Of a stretch of 64,000 bases of DNA, positions 8,900-19,887 are shown one piece after another. A model generated the notes under the pieces. That model saw only the letters and a list, made by a program, of their open reading frames with translations, was not told where the DNA came from and ran no database searches. Source of the stretch: an uncultured bacterium (GTDB lineage Bacteria > Pseudomonadota > Alphaproteobacteria > Rs-D84). The stretch lies in NCBI GenBank assembly GCA_950096895.1, contig CATNBF010000003.1:3801-67800 (forward strand), in the 5' to 3' direction. The number at the start of each line of letters is the position of its first letter. The stretch's first letter is position 1. A program made the position numbers and the translations under genes.

Positions 8900-11407
8900 C
8901 TACATCGGAATGTCTTCACAAATCGGATCTCTGGTTTCCACATCACATGTTGTATTCTTTTTGCGGAACCAATTTCCCCCTTTGATCTTGCAACTCTGGT
9001 CTGTGATGACGGTACAGACATGGCAATTTCTGGTTTCACGGTTAAAGATCGACGTTACTTCCTTGTTCATGCCGCTGCCGTACTTGCTGGTAAAGGATGA
9101 TTGCCCCATTCCCCCAGAAACCAGATCTTCTCTGTCCAGACCTTCGCCGACTTCATAACTGATGGCATATGGCGGGGCCAACGGTGTATCCACCCCGGTC
9201 AATCCACCACCATCAGAACCGGTCATGGCAATTTTCTGACACATATATTGGGCAATGTCTGCGGATGCGTTGCGCGTTGCCTCTGCAATTTCATGATTGA
9301 ATTTTTCATTATAATTATCCTGGGCCTTGCGCAAGGCGGCAATCGCAATCTGCATCTTGGTCTGGTTTAACAGATTGGGAAAGCGTGCCGATGTCATGTT
9401 ATTTTGAACTTTTCTGCCGCGATCATCCGTCTTGACGCCTGTAATTTGATCCAGATTGCGTCCTGTGATACAGAACTGGATCTGGGGATCTTGGGCAATC
9501 ATTTCAATGGTGCGGTTGATCGTTCCCGCAATGTTGTTCAATTCTTCTTCGATTGCCGATACGATCCCAGTCATATTTTCAACCGTTGAATTGCGCGAGA
9601 TAATTTCATCAATATATCCTTGAACCCCCAATTGCCCAGGCCCCAACAAGACCGGTTCCCCATTGACATTATCATAAACCGTGCCGGCGGCATCGCCCAT
9701 CTTGATACTGCCAAACGAAATCATACCCGTAACACGATATTTATCCCCATCTTTTTGGGAACGCAAAGAGTGTGTCCCGATATCATTATCTGCGGCAAAG
9801 CGGTTACAATCATCCGTACTGCCACAAATTTCAAGCATTTTATCATCAACCAGCTTTTGACACTGGGCCAATGCCGCATTATCAATATTCAGATACAGCC
9901 CCATTAACATTGAATCTAAATCATCCATTGAAAAATTCGGATTGGTCTGCTTGCACACCACCAACTTGTCTATCGGGCAAATATCGTGGATATATTCAAA
10001 ATCCATACCGATACAGTTCTGGAAATCTTTACCGCATCTGTTTTCATCGGTAATGCAATCTTTGACTTCTTGGGTACAGGCATCAACCCGCATCGCGGCC
10101 AATTTATCTGTCACATATCCCCAGATTTGTGGTTCCATCCGTTCGCATTTATCAATTTCAAGTTTACAAAAACTGCGCACCATATCTGGCCGTGCCAAAC
10201 AGGCATCCATGCTATCGACATTTTTGTTGGCAATATTATCACGACAGGCATTGCGGATACAGTCAGAGATATCTACCAAACAAGACTGACGCATTTTTGA
10301 TTCTGCGGCCAATTCCGCAGATTTAATAGTGGGTGCAACATCACGCAGGAATTTGGGCCACACTTCGTTACGTACGGCCATACAACTGTCTAATATCCCT
10401 TCACAAATATCACGCTTGGCCTGTAAACGATCCATGGTCGATGTAGTGATATCAAACGTCTCTATGGTTTCAACCTTTTCGCCTGCGACACTTTTGGCGG
10501 CATTATTCTGCATGTTTTCAGATGCAATAATCGATACACAATTTGACCAATCTGACCCACAGGTATCTTCTGTGGTCATACATTCCTTGAAGGCGACCAT
10601 ACATTCGCCCAGGTTCAGCTTGTTTGCATTATCAAAACTGTTCTTTAATGCTTCACGAACCGCGGCATCGGCATTTGCCATGGCCAGATCGGCGGCATTA
10701 CGTTGGTCTTCGACATAATTTTCAAATTGTTTGCAATCGGCAACAATTTGTCTGGCATACACCTGGCGCAGCAATTGAACATCCCTGTCACATGTTTCTG
10801 GAATGCGTTCAATACAAATCTGTTCTAACAAAGAAAATAATTCTGATCCTTTTTTTGTGGCGATTAAATCCATCACATCTTCGTCATCGTCATCATAAAT
10901 GCTTTTATTAAACAAGGCATCCAGTTTTTCCCGGCGTTCCTGGGCCCGTTGGGCCTGGGTCTTGCTTTCTTGGGCGATTAATTCGGCGGCCTGGTCAACT
11001 TCGATCACATTGCCATTTTCGTCATAGCGACGTTTTCCATTAAAGATAATATCTGCCTTGGCCCCGGCATTGATTTTTTCAACCTCTATATTCTTGATCC
11101 TGTCGGCTTCGTCCAGTTTTTGGCGTATTGCAACCAATTCTTTTTCGAACTTTTCATTATCATTACTGCAAACGCAACTGCCCTTGTTTGATACGTCATC
11201 CAACAAGCAGAATTGATCCATACATCCATAATAGGCATCATAACAGGCCTGATCATAAAGGCCGGATACCGGCACCCGTTCACGGATACCGGTTCCAGAT
11301 TGCATCACAGATCTTTGTGATTTGGCCTTGGACGTCGCCGCCCAGGTGGCCCCACCGTCAATCAATGACACCAATACCAGTAAAGAACATATGAACCGCA
11401 TTTTCAT
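8900..11407 (-). CDS. secreted cysteine-rich protein, paralog family member P1 (835 aa)
   Basis: Signal peptide MKMRFICSLLVLVSLIDGGATWA. N-terminal motif CYDAYYGCMDQFCLLDD...CVCS. Multiple Cys blocks colinear with P4 and P2 (for example EIDKCERMEPQIWGYVTDKLAAMRVDACTQEVKDCITDENRCGKDFQNC). C-terminus RNCHVC...GGNWFRKK...CEDIPM. Confidence 0.75.
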   Translation of the reverse strand: MKMRFICSLLVLVSLIDGGATWAATSKAKSQRSVMQSGTGIRERVPVSGLYDQACYDAYYGCMDQFCLLDDVSNKGSCVCSNDNEKFEKELVAIRQKLDEADRIKNIEVEKINAGAKADIIFNGKRRYDENGNVIEVDQAAELIAQESKTQAQRAQERREKLDALFNKSIYDDDDEDVMDLIATKKGSELFSLLEQICIERIPETCDRDVQLLRQVYARQIVADCKQFENYVEDQRNAADLAMANADAAVREALKNSFDNANKLNLGECMVAFKECMTTEDTCGSDWSNCVSIIASENMQNNAAKSVAGEKVETIETFDITTSTMDRLQAKRDICEGILDSCMAVRNEVWPKFLRDVAPTIKSAELAAESKMRQSCLVDISDCIRNACRDNIANKNVDSMDACLARPDMVRSFCKLEIDKCERMEPQIWGYVTDKLAAMRVDACTQEVKDCITDENRCGKDFQNCIGMDFEYIHDICPIDKLVVCKQTNPNFSMDDLDSMLMGLYLNIDNAALAQCQKLVDDKMLEICGSTDDCNRFAADNDIGTHSLRSQKDGDKYRVTGMISFGSIKMGDAAGTVYDNVNGEPVLLGPGQLGVQGYIDEIISRNSTVENMTGIVSAIEEELNNIAGTINRTIEMIAQDPQIQFCITGRNLDQITGVKTDDRGRKVQNNMTSARFPNLLNQTKMQIAIAALRKAQDNYNEKFNHEIAEATRNASADIAQYMCQKIAMTGSDGGGLTGVDTPLAPPYAISYEVGEGLDREDLVSGGMGQSSFTSKYGSGMNKEVTSIFNRETRNCHVCTVITDQSCKIKGGNWFRKKNTTCDVETRDPICEDIPM

Positions 11408-11436
11408 TTATGATATTCCCCCATGGGTAAACACCC

Positions 11437-13638
11437 CTACATATTAATATCTTCACAAGATTCTATTTCTTGGCAATATTCTTCTGTGCCGCTGGCACTG
11501 CGTCCCGCAAACAGACCACCAACCGCACCAACTACGCCACCAATTGCCGTACCCCATCCCGGTGATACCGTGGTCCCCATTGATGCCCCCGCGGCCAATC
11601 CGCCGGCCAAACCACGCAATCCACCGGCACCTTTGCTGATCCCGCCGGTTTCGCATACCTGTTGCATGCGGCAAACGTGACAATTACGTAATGCGGGTTC
11701 GAAATGCACGCTGCGGATATAAGAATAGTTCTTTTTACCCATCTTTTCGAACTGTTTAGGATCTTCTGGTTTATACGCATTTTTACAGTTTTGTTCCGCC
11801 GCGGCTAAATCTTGCTTGCGCGATAATTCAGCCATCTTGGTTTCCAATTCACGCATCGCCCGATTTTCGGCATTAATTTCTGCAATGAATTTTGCAGTAT
11901 TAAAGACATTGTCACCCAGACTATTTTTATTTTTTCTGCCGCGCTTATCACCCGATGTACTGTCGCTGCATGCGGCAACCGTTTTATCGCTTTGGAATTG
12001 TTCAAAAAATTCATCTACGGCTTTTTTTGAATTTTCACGCACCTTTACACGCAGTGCGGCAATATCTTCTTCATCTTTTGGCATTTCACTTAATGCCATA
12101 ACCGTATCATCCGACGGCAAACAAGACATATCTGTCCCACAGGCCCGGCCCAGCTGCTCGCTGAAATAATTCAAGCATCCTTGTAACATCTGATAATCCA
12201 TCTGTAATAATGCGGCCGATACAATAACATCATATTGTGTTTCACCCTTGCACGATGGGAACATGCTCTGGGGACACATGGCCACGATATCTGCGGTCTT
12301 TTTACCCATGCATTCGGGCGCATCATAATTAACCCCACATTTATCTTGCAGGCATTTATCCACATCATTTTCACAGAATTTCAAACGTAAAAAGCCCAAC
12401 TTGTCCCCAATAACGTCTTTGATTCCTGGGATTAATTGATCACATTCGCCAATGACCGGGCAAACACCTGCCGCAACATTCACATCGGTCAAACATGCCG
12501 AATCCGTACTGGTCGAGCAGCTAACCTCTAAACAATCTTGAATTCGCGCCAGACATGTTGCCCGTTGGTTTCTATCGGCATATTTGGCGGCATCGGCCAG
12601 AATCATTTTGGATTCTTCGGCCCAATTCTGCAGCACATAATCCCGCGTTGCCGTACATTGATCCAAAATCTGTTCACAGGCATCCGCACGACGCGCCAAC
12701 AATTTTGCATCTAAACAATTTTCAAAATTTGCCCCACATCCGCCCTTGTCTGCGATACATGCACGGTACGCCAGCAAGCATTCCCCACTGTTGTACTTGT
12801 TCGTTGAATCCAGCATTTCCAACCGGGCGGCACGGACAGCGGCCTCTGCGGTGCGCAAATTCTGATTAACGTTATATTTTTCATCGGTTAAATAGGCACT
12901 GAACGTCTTACAATCGGCGACAATTTGACGTGCATAAAGCATTTCTTCCATATCTGCATCATCACCACACGCCGCCAAGCGATTCGCACAATATTCGGAC
13001 GCCATCGCGTACAAATTATCCCCTAAATCATCATCCTGGTCCAGTTCAGTCCCCGACGAAACGTTCAACCATGCATTAAAATCAATATTGGACATGCGGC
13101 TGCTTTTTTTTGCGGCCTCGCTCTCGCCAAAAACCAGGCGGCGTTCACGCGTTCCTAATTTTTCTTTTTCGACCCCTTCAAGGAATAGCACATCGGCTTT
13201 TTCTTGAATATCTTGGATTTCTTTGATCAATTCTTTGGACTTGTTAATATTATCACTGCACGCGCAACGATAGCCTTCGGATTCATCCAATAAACAAAAT
13301 TCATCCATACATTGCCGATAGGCATCACGGCACCCACCCATCATCGGAACCGCGTTTGTCGCCGTTGCACCCGTCCCAGATTCACCATCGGCCGCGGCCG
13401 CCGTTGTTGTAACCGCCCCAGAATTCGGCGTCAATGTTAATCCGGTGGATGTGGTAATTACACCCGACGCCGCACCTGTTGTTGTTGAATTCCCGGTCCC
13501 CGTCCCCAGGTTTGTTGACACCGTTGGGGCCCGTGACGCCGGGGCACGGGACATTCCCACACGCGCATCCCCACGGGATGCCCCCCAAACAGTCATTGGA
13601 AATAAACAGGTCACAACCAGTAAATACTTTAATTTCAT
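11437..13638 (-). CDS. secreted cysteine-rich protein, paralog family member P2 (733 aa)
   Basis: Signal peptide. S/T/G/A-rich linker. Motif GGCRDAYRQCMDEFCLLDESEGYRCACS. Blocks colinear with P1 and P4 (CPVIGECDQLIPGIKDVIGDKLGFLRLKFCENDVDKCLQDKCG). Gly-rich segment then CEDINM end. 29-bp gap to P1. Confidence 0.75.
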   Translation of the reverse strand: MKLKYLLVVTCLFPMTVWGASRGDARVGMSRAPASRAPTVSTNLGTGTGNSTTTGAASGVITTSTGLTLTPNSGAVTTTAAAADGESGTGATATNAVPMMGGCRDAYRQCMDEFCLLDESEGYRCACSDNINKSKELIKEIQDIQEKADVLFLEGVEKEKLGTRERRLVFGESEAAKKSSRMSNIDFNAWLNVSSGTELDQDDDLGDNLYAMASEYCANRLAACGDDADMEEMLYARQIVADCKTFSAYLTDEKYNVNQNLRTAEAAVRAARLEMLDSTNKYNSGECLLAYRACIADKGGCGANFENCLDAKLLARRADACEQILDQCTATRDYVLQNWAEESKMILADAAKYADRNQRATCLARIQDCLEVSCSTSTDSACLTDVNVAAGVCPVIGECDQLIPGIKDVIGDKLGFLRLKFCENDVDKCLQDKCGVNYDAPECMGKKTADIVAMCPQSMFPSCKGETQYDVIVSAALLQMDYQMLQGCLNYFSEQLGRACGTDMSCLPSDDTVMALSEMPKDEEDIAALRVKVRENSKKAVDEFFEQFQSDKTVAACSDSTSGDKRGRKNKNSLGDNVFNTAKFIAEINAENRAMRELETKMAELSRKQDLAAAEQNCKNAYKPEDPKQFEKMGKKNYSYIRSVHFEPALRNCHVCRMQQVCETGGISKGAGGLRGLAGGLAAGASMGTTVSPGWGTAIGGVVGAVGGLFAGRSASGTEEYCQEIESCEDINM

Positions 13639-13780
13639 ATAAACCCACCTACATATTCTTTTTCAAATAATTTTATCAAATATCCCCCCACGATGCAAGT
13701 CGATAAAAAATTCTTGCTTTTTTTACATTAAGGCAATAATATAAATTTTATAATTTACAGCTAATTCACAGGTGATATGT

Positions 13781-14038
13781 ATGGCAAAAGATGATGTAAT
13801 TGTTTTTAATGGCACAGTCGAAGATAAATTACCCAACACGATGTTTCGGGTAAAATTGGAAAACGGCCATGAAATTTTGGCAACGGTGTGTGGCAAAATG
13901 CGCAAGGCACGCATCTGGGTTAATGTCGGGGAAAAGGTGCGGGTTGAAATGACCCCATATGACCTGGACAAGGGACGCATTACATTCGTTGAACGCAATC
14001 GCCCAACCGCAAACGCCGGCGACGCCAATGCGCAATAA
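13781..14038 (+). CDS. infA: translation initiation factor IF-1
   Basis: [69 protein letters not shown] is a canonical IF-1 S1-like fold. ATG at 13781 preferred over the track's GTG at 13772. Confidence 0.88.
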   Translation: MAKDDVIVFNGTVEDKLPNTMFRVKLENGHEILATVCGKMRKARIWVNVGEKVRVEMTPYDLDKGRITFVERNRPTANAGDANAQ

Positions 14039-14070
14039 TAAAAAATCCCGCGATATGCGGGATTTTTTAT
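14039..14070. terminator. bidirectional rho-independent terminator (AAAAAATCCCGC-gatat-GCGGGATTTTTTA)
   Basis: Directly after the infA stop. A-tract on one side and T-tract on the other. Confidence 0.65.
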
Positions 14071-14343
14071 TATGATCGATTTTTATAAATACCACACGCC
14101 ATCGGCCAGATTGCCAGATGGGGACATGATGCGCCCCTTTTGCGTTGGGATGTGCACAAATGTTATTTCTGAAACAAATTTGGTGTTCATAAAAATTTCC
14201 TTTGGGTATTATCACAATTTCTTGGATTGATGCCCCATAGATAATCACGCCTTTTTAATGATTCTTAATTCATTTTCATTTATCATAAATAAAAAGAACC
14301 CGACAACATGGTATGCGCCGGGTGTTATTTTATGTGAACGATT

Positions 14344-15054
14344 TTATTGGGCAAAATGCGCGTCACGCTGCTTTTTTGAAACGCTGATCATTTTATCAAA
14401 CAGCTTGCTAACCGATGCGCCATCGGGCATGGCCGATGTTGATCCTGTTGTGTAATCTGCCCCATTTAAGACCACAATACGCGACGGTAAATCTGTGTGA
14501 CCATCACACTCTATAAAATATTCAGATGGGTCATAAAATTTGCCAAAACAACGCGAATTTTGAACCGCAACCCAACCATTGGGTGCCAAATCCGCACATT
14601 TGGGTTGTTCCCCCAACGTGATTTCACCGGTGGCAACAACTTCGTCAACACGATCCAAAACCCCATTGCACCACACAGGAATCATTTTACCATCAATGGA
14701 AACATGGGCACCATCGGTACTGGTCCGGCGAACACCAAAACAGTCCCCATTTAACACCGATGGATCAAAATCCCGATTGATGCCGCGCATGGCAACGATG
14801 TCTGCCCGTCCCAATGGAACCGGCCCAGAACCACCAGCCGTTAATGCATCAGGACAAATTAATTTCATTCCCCAACAGTTATCTGCCGCATCCCACAATG
14901 TATCATCAAACCCAGCCCCCATGGAAACATAGCATTTGGTTGGATTTGGCCGACAAATATACGCCTGGTCCCACCATGGGATCGTAATGGCCGCATGACC
15001 CGTTGTTGCGGTCCCCAAACATAACATCGCAAAGAAAGCACCAAATTTTTTCAT
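14344..15054 (-). CDS. hypothetical secreted Cys-rich protein (236 aa)
   Basis: Signal peptide MKKFGAFFAMLCLGTATTGHA. 12 Cys. No recognisable family. Not obviously a member of the large paralog family. Confidence 0.5.
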   Translation of the reverse strand: MKKFGAFFAMLCLGTATTGHAAITIPWWDQAYICRPNPTKCYVSMGAGFDDTLWDAADNCWGMKLICPDALTAGGSGPVPLGRADIVAMRGINRDFDPSVLNGDCFGVRRTSTDGAHVSIDGKMIPVWCNGVLDRVDEVVATGEITLGEQPKCADLAPNGWVAVQNSRCFGKFYDPSEYFIECDGHTDLPSRIVVLNGADYTTGSTSAMPDGASVSKLFDKMISVSKKQRDAHFAQ

Positions 15055-15118
15055 GTTTAATAATCCCTACTCTCTGGCTATATCTTATCAGATTTTTTAT
15101 CCAGCCGCAAGGCCACAC

Positions 15119-17716
15119 TTACATATTACCTTTACCCGCATTCGGATCTTGACAATAGCCCCAGCGAACACTGGCCCCTGTTTCAGAATAAAACAACTGA
15201 AATAATTCACCAACTGGTTCCGTAGTGTTGGGTGTGTCACCCGCCGCCGGGGTTGCCGCTTTGGACGTATTGCTGGTGGTATCTTCTTGGTATGGCAAAT
15301 TAACCCACCGTCCGCCCAAACGTTCACATTCCGCGGCCAGTTCTTTGGACATTTCTGCCTGGATTCCGGCCATCACCACATTCACATCTTGCAACACAAC
15401 AGTCGGCAAGACGTCAACCCCACTCTGGGTATATGTGGGACGGATGCATACCTGTAACGCATACCGCACCAGTTTTTGATACACACTGCCGATATATTGA
15501 TTGGTCGTACCACAGTCCGGCCGCATTGTCCCCGCAGTAACACATTCACCACCGTTGTCGTTATCTTTATTATATTCAGCCCAAGGTTGCACCCCACCCG
15601 GACAATTACATTTACCAGGACATGGAACACACATATTACCCTTTTTCGGGGTATTGTCCGGCTTAAAAAATGCGCCATCGTCAAGCTTCTTACTATACCC
15701 CCCTTCATCATACGCCAAATAATAGCCCGATTTACATTGGTAATAAATACGATCCGCATCGCAGATATAGGGGTTGGGATCAACCGTCTCGGTCGCGTTT
15801 GGATCTTGGTATGATTCTGCTGATAAAATAGAATTACATCCCTTGATGACCGACATCTGCTGCTCGCCCGGGGAATAGGTACGACATGCATATGGGTAAT
15901 GATGCAATGTATCATTACTGGGGACTGCGCACAAATCTTTGGCAAATTCTTCCAGTGTTTCTTTACAATTTTTGGCAATCTTTTGATCGGTAATTCCCGA
16001 CATTGTTGTCGCCAGCAATGCCATACCACCCAATCCACCACCGTACAGATTGCTGCACGCGTCCAATTTTACCTTGCACATTTCTTCGGACAATTCCATT
16101 CGTGCCCCAAGTAAGGCCTGTTTTCGGACATTACTAAAATCTTTCAACTGATTGCTTTGTTCATCATAACACTGATTCACAACACTTAAACACTCATCCT
16201 TGACCTGGCGAACACGTTGATGCTGACCTTGATAAATTTCAGTGATGGCCTGGCGCAAAAACTCGTCCCAAACCTGGTCTGCAACATCACGACATGAATC
16301 TAAACTTTTTTCTGCAAAAGATTTTTTACGCTGTAACTCTGTCACCAAGGATAAATTATCTTCGTTGGTCAACACATCACCGGCCAAAGACAATTGCGTT
16401 TCCAGTTGATAAAAATCAGTACTGTATATCGGTTCACCGGTTTCACGATTCAAATATAAGCCCGTAATATCTAAACAGTGGACATAATTCTCGCCACATG
16501 CCATGTTGCCCGTAATATCTGTGCGCACATTGGCAATACAATCGTTAATAGATGACGAATTGTGGGTGTTATAATTTTCCAAACGGGCCTGGTTCATTTC
16601 CCGTTCGGTGGCACGGACGTTCCCAGACGCTTCGATTGTTTGTTTATCCAATGCATTTGCCAATGTTGTACAGTCATTTTCAATATACATCCCATATGCC
16701 GAAACCACCATGTTAAATGTTGACGTTGGCTGACAAATTTCTTTAACCAAATCGGCACATTGTGCATGAACCGCATTATACAACGGTTCGCCGGTTAAAT
16801 TGGCCAATTCTGCCCCGGCGGCCAAATCTGTTGTCGACCAAATCGCATTTATATCGCCTGCAATGTCCAACTGGCCTTGGGTGTCCAAAGATTTCTTTTT
16901 GGTTTTATTCAAAACATCACTGATCCCGTCCAAGGCCGCCGCATTGGCCGATTGGTCCTTGGCCCCGGCCAGTGTTTCTTCACCTGCCGTTCCGCTTAAC
17001 ATGGCCTTTACCTCGGCTGCACTCTTGGTGATAACATCTATATTCAAATCCTTGAAATCTTGCAATTGTTCGCCGGTCTGTTCCAGAACGCGTTGATGGT
17101 TAATAACATCTTCCAGTCGGGCCGAACAGACGCATCGCCGATAATTTTCATTCTGTTTGGCACAGAATTGATCCATACACGTAAAATACGCGTCACGACA
17201 TGCGTTATATCCCGCCCCAAATGTATTGGTGCTGCTGGCGGTATCTGATGTGGCGGCGCGGGCAATCCGCCCACCCCCCGCGGTGCTGGTGGTGGCACGG
17301 GCACTGCGTGCAATGCCCGATTGCACCATTACCCCAGAACGCGCCGCACTGCGTCCCTGGGATACCGTACTAATCGCACTGCGTGCCGATGACCGCGCAC
17401 TAACCGGGGATGTCACTATGTTTGTGCTGGCCGACCGATTGGGACGCGAAACAACCGCACTGGGGGTTAATGCGCTGCGTCCCGATGAAACCACCCCGCC
17501 CCCAGATCGCGATGATACCACCGGTGTGACCACGGCCGACCGCGCACCCGACACCGTCGTGGTCGACCGTGCCGCCGTGTCTGATGTATTTGATGAACGC
17601 GTCGCTGTATTAGTGGTTGCCCCAGACCGCGTTGCGGTATTGCCACTGCGTATCGCGGCGTGCGCAACACCGATACACATCAAACCGCATACAAAAAAAG
17701 GCAGTATTCTTCTCAT
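15119..17716 (-). CDS. secreted cysteine-rich protein, paralog family member P3 (865 aa)
   Basis: Signal peptide. About 150-aa linker of tandem x-x-R-S units (ATRSGATTNTATRSSNTSDTAARS...). Family motif YNACRDAYFTCMDQFCAKQNENYRRCVCS. The C-terminal region carries GCC2/GCC3-like Cys repeats (CKSGYYLAYDEGGY...CVPCPGKCNCPGG). Ends ...GKGNM. Confidence 0.75.
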   Translation of the reverse strand: MRRILPFFVCGLMCIGVAHAAIRSGNTATRSGATTNTATRSSNTSDTAARSTTTVSGARSAVVTPVVSSRSGGGVVSSGRSALTPSAVVSRPNRSASTNIVTSPVSARSSARSAISTVSQGRSAARSGVMVQSGIARSARATTSTAGGGRIARAATSDTASSTNTFGAGYNACRDAYFTCMDQFCAKQNENYRRCVCSARLEDVINHQRVLEQTGEQLQDFKDLNIDVITKSAAEVKAMLSGTAGEETLAGAKDQSANAAALDGISDVLNKTKKKSLDTQGQLDIAGDINAIWSTTDLAAGAELANLTGEPLYNAVHAQCADLVKEICQPTSTFNMVVSAYGMYIENDCTTLANALDKQTIEASGNVRATEREMNQARLENYNTHNSSSINDCIANVRTDITGNMACGENYVHCLDITGLYLNRETGEPIYSTDFYQLETQLSLAGDVLTNEDNLSLVTELQRKKSFAEKSLDSCRDVADQVWDEFLRQAITEIYQGQHQRVRQVKDECLSVVNQCYDEQSNQLKDFSNVRKQALLGARMELSEEMCKVKLDACSNLYGGGLGGMALLATTMSGITDQKIAKNCKETLEEFAKDLCAVPSNDTLHHYPYACRTYSPGEQQMSVIKGCNSILSAESYQDPNATETVDPNPYICDADRIYYQCKSGYYLAYDEGGYSKKLDDGAFFKPDNTPKKGNMCVPCPGKCNCPGGVQPWAEYNKDNDNGGECVTAGTMRPDCGTTNQYIGSVYQKLVRYALQVCIRPTYTQSGVDVLPTVVLQDVNVVMAGIQAEMSKELAAECERLGGRWVNLPYQEDTTSNTSKAATPAAGDTPNTTEPVGELFQLFYSETGASVRWGYCQDPNAGKGNM

Positions 17717-17812
17717 TCCACTTTATTATTATACAGTGTAACAAAAAAATAATCCCCAGGGCAAGGCCTTTGTTATTAAAATTATCCCTTGGGTATCGCC
17801 CAATGATGGGAT

Positions 17813-17850
17813 AAAAAAAATCCCGCAATTTGCGGGAAATTTTTTTATTT
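17813..17850. terminator. bidirectional rho-independent terminator after rplQ (A-tract, TCCCGC-aatt-GCGGGA, T-tract)
   Basis: AAAAAAAATCCCGCAATTTGCGGGAAATTTTTTTATTT overlapping the rplQ stop. Marks the end of the alpha operon. Confidence 0.65.
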
Positions 17851-18396
17851 GCCAGTGGCGCGGCGTCTTACCGCAACTTCTTTTTTGGCACCGGTCGCTT
17901 TGGCCGCCTTGGTCGCTTCTTTGGCAACTTTGGTCGACGGGGCGCGTGGCGCTTTTTCTGCCGGGGTGGTTGCCGGGGCTTGATCCGCCGCCGCATCCGT
18001 TGCCGCCGGTTTTACAACCTTTTTCGCACTTTCGTCACGATCAACCAATTCAATGATCGCCATCGGTGCCGCATCCCCATACCGGAACCCAGCCTTTAAT
18101 ACGCGGGTATAACCACCCGGACGCTTGACATAACGGGGCCCCAAAACAGTAAACAGTTTTTTCACCGTTGCATCCGATCCATTCCCCAGTTCCGATGCCG
18201 TCAAGCGACGATTGGCCACAGTGTCAACCTTGGCCCGTGTAATCAGTTTTTCGACCACACCGCGCAGGTCTTTGGCCTTGGGCAATGTTGTCTTGATCTG
18301 TTCTTTTTCAATTAAATTTTTCGCCAAGCCGATAAATAACGCCTTGCGTGCATTGGTATCGCGATTAAATGTGCGACCTGCTTTTGCGTGTCTCAT
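17845..18396 (-). CDS. rplQ: 50S ribosomal protein L17 with C-terminal Ala/Lys/Pro-rich basic extension
   Basis: [56 protein letters not shown] is the L17 core. The last ~60 aa are a histone-H1-like tail. Confidence 0.88.
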   Translation of the reverse strand: MRHAKAGRTFNRDTNARKALFIGLAKNLIEKEQIKTTLPKAKDLRGVVEKLITRAKVDTVANRRLTASELGNGSDATVKKLFTVLGPRYVKRPGGYTRVLKAGFRYGDAAPMAIIELVDRDESAKKVVKPAATDAAADQAPATTPAEKAPRAPSTKVAKEATKAAKATGAKKEVAVRRRATGK

Positions 18397-18798
18397 GATT
18401 ACTCCTTTTTATTACTTTCTGCCCCGGGATCCGGGGATTTTCACAAGATGGCACCCTAAAAAAACTTACTTTTTTCAGAAATGCACCGCGTTGATTTTAT
18501 ACAATTTTCCCCAAAAAGCAAGGAAAAAGTCCATTCCCCACATAGGCGGGGAAAATAAGAAATTAAATTATGTGCGACAAATGATGCCACAGAATTTAAT
18601 AAAAATTGTCAGAATGTGCCGAATGGCGATTTTAACGGTGGCGTGGTGTAATTACCCACATCAAGCCAACAAAACACCATATGACACGTTCTGGTAAGAA
18701 ATTAAATTTTATGAGATGATTGGAAACGGTTGCCGGTTCGTAGTGTAGTCGACCTACATGAGAACCAGCAACCGTGACAAGCGTCCATAAAATTTAAT

Positions 18799-19827
18799 TT
18801 ATTTGTAGGGGTCTTCGTACTTCTTGGCCAATTCCGCGATATTTTCTGGCGGCCAACCCGGTACTTCCATCCCCAGGCCCAGCCCCATGGCTTCTAATTG
18901 AACTTTGATTTCGTTCAAAGACTTGCGGCCAAAGTTCGGCGTTTTTAACATATCGGCTTCAGTCTTTTGAACCAATTCGCCCAACCAGTTAATTTTGTCA
19001 TTTTTCAGACAGTTATTGGCGCGAACCGACAATTCCAGTTCATCAACATGCTTTAACAATTTCGGGTCGAACGGCAACGCATCTTTGGCTTTTTCTTCTT
19101 CGGCCGGGGCATTGATTTGCGCCGGATCTTCAAAGTTAATAAAGACAACCAATTGGTCGGTCAAGATACGCGCGGCATATGCAATGGCATCTTCGGGCGA
19201 TACAGAACCATTTGTTTTTACCGTCAATTCTAATTTATCGTAATCTGTTGATTGTCCAACGCGGGTCGCGGTAACATCGCTGGCCACGTTCAAAATCGGC
19301 GAAAAGATTGAATCCACCGGAATAACACCCAACGGCAACCCATCGGCATGCGCCGACGCCGGAACATAGCCACGCCCCGTAGATAATGTGATTTCCATAT
19401 CCAGGTTCGCCCCTTTGTCCAGGGTGCAAATTTCTACGTCTTTGTTCATTACTTCGACACCGCCAGACGTTTCGATCATGCCTGCGGTAACGACCGCCGG
19501 TCCTTTGACCTTGATCGTGGCTTTATGTTGACCTTCGGTTAGGGCCTTGAAATAAACACCTTTTAGGTTCAAGATGATATCCGTCACATCTTCGCGAATG
19601 CCGGCCAGACTTGAAAATTCATGCTGAACCCCATCGATCTTGATAGAAATTGGGGCACATCCCTGTAACGAAGACAACAGAACACGACGCAACGCGGTTC
19701 CCAATGTCAACCCAAAACCCTTTTCCAGCGGATCTGCAATTAATGTGGCAATGTTCGGATTATGTTCATCAACCTTGATTGTCAATTTCTTTGGCTTAAT
19801 CAAAGTCATCCAGTTTTTTTCAATCAT
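18799..19827 (-). CDS. rpoA: DNA-directed RNA polymerase alpha subunit
   Basis: [15 protein letters not shown]...[48 protein letters not shown] closely matches alphaproteobacterial RpoA. Full alpha-CTD present. Confidence 0.93.
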   Translation of the reverse strand: MIEKNWMTLIKPKKLTIKVDEHNPNIATLIADPLEKGFGLTLGTALRRVLLSSLQGCAPISIKIDGVQHEFSSLAGIREDVTDIILNLKGVYFKALTEGQHKATIKVKGPAVVTAGMIETSGGVEVMNKDVEICTLDKGANLDMEITLSTGRGYVPASAHADGLPLGVIPVDSIFSPILNVASDVTATRVGQSTDYDKLELTVKTNGSVSPEDAIAYAARILTDQLVVFINFEDPAQINAPAEEEKAKDALPFDPKLLKHVDELELSVRANNCLKNDKINWLGELVQKTEADMLKTPNFGRKSLNEIKVQLEAMGLGLGMEVPGWPPENIAELAKKYEDPYK

Positions 19828-19887
19828 AAAAGTTTCCTTTTTTGGCTTAGTTTATTATTTTCACCATTTAGGCGTGGGAATTTTATA

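Noticed and set aside
14344-15054. Treating the 236-aa secreted Cys-rich protein as an eighth member of the large paralog family
   Set aside because: It is secreted and Cys-rich but lacks the CMDxFC motif and the colinear Cys blocks. Similarity appears limited to composition.
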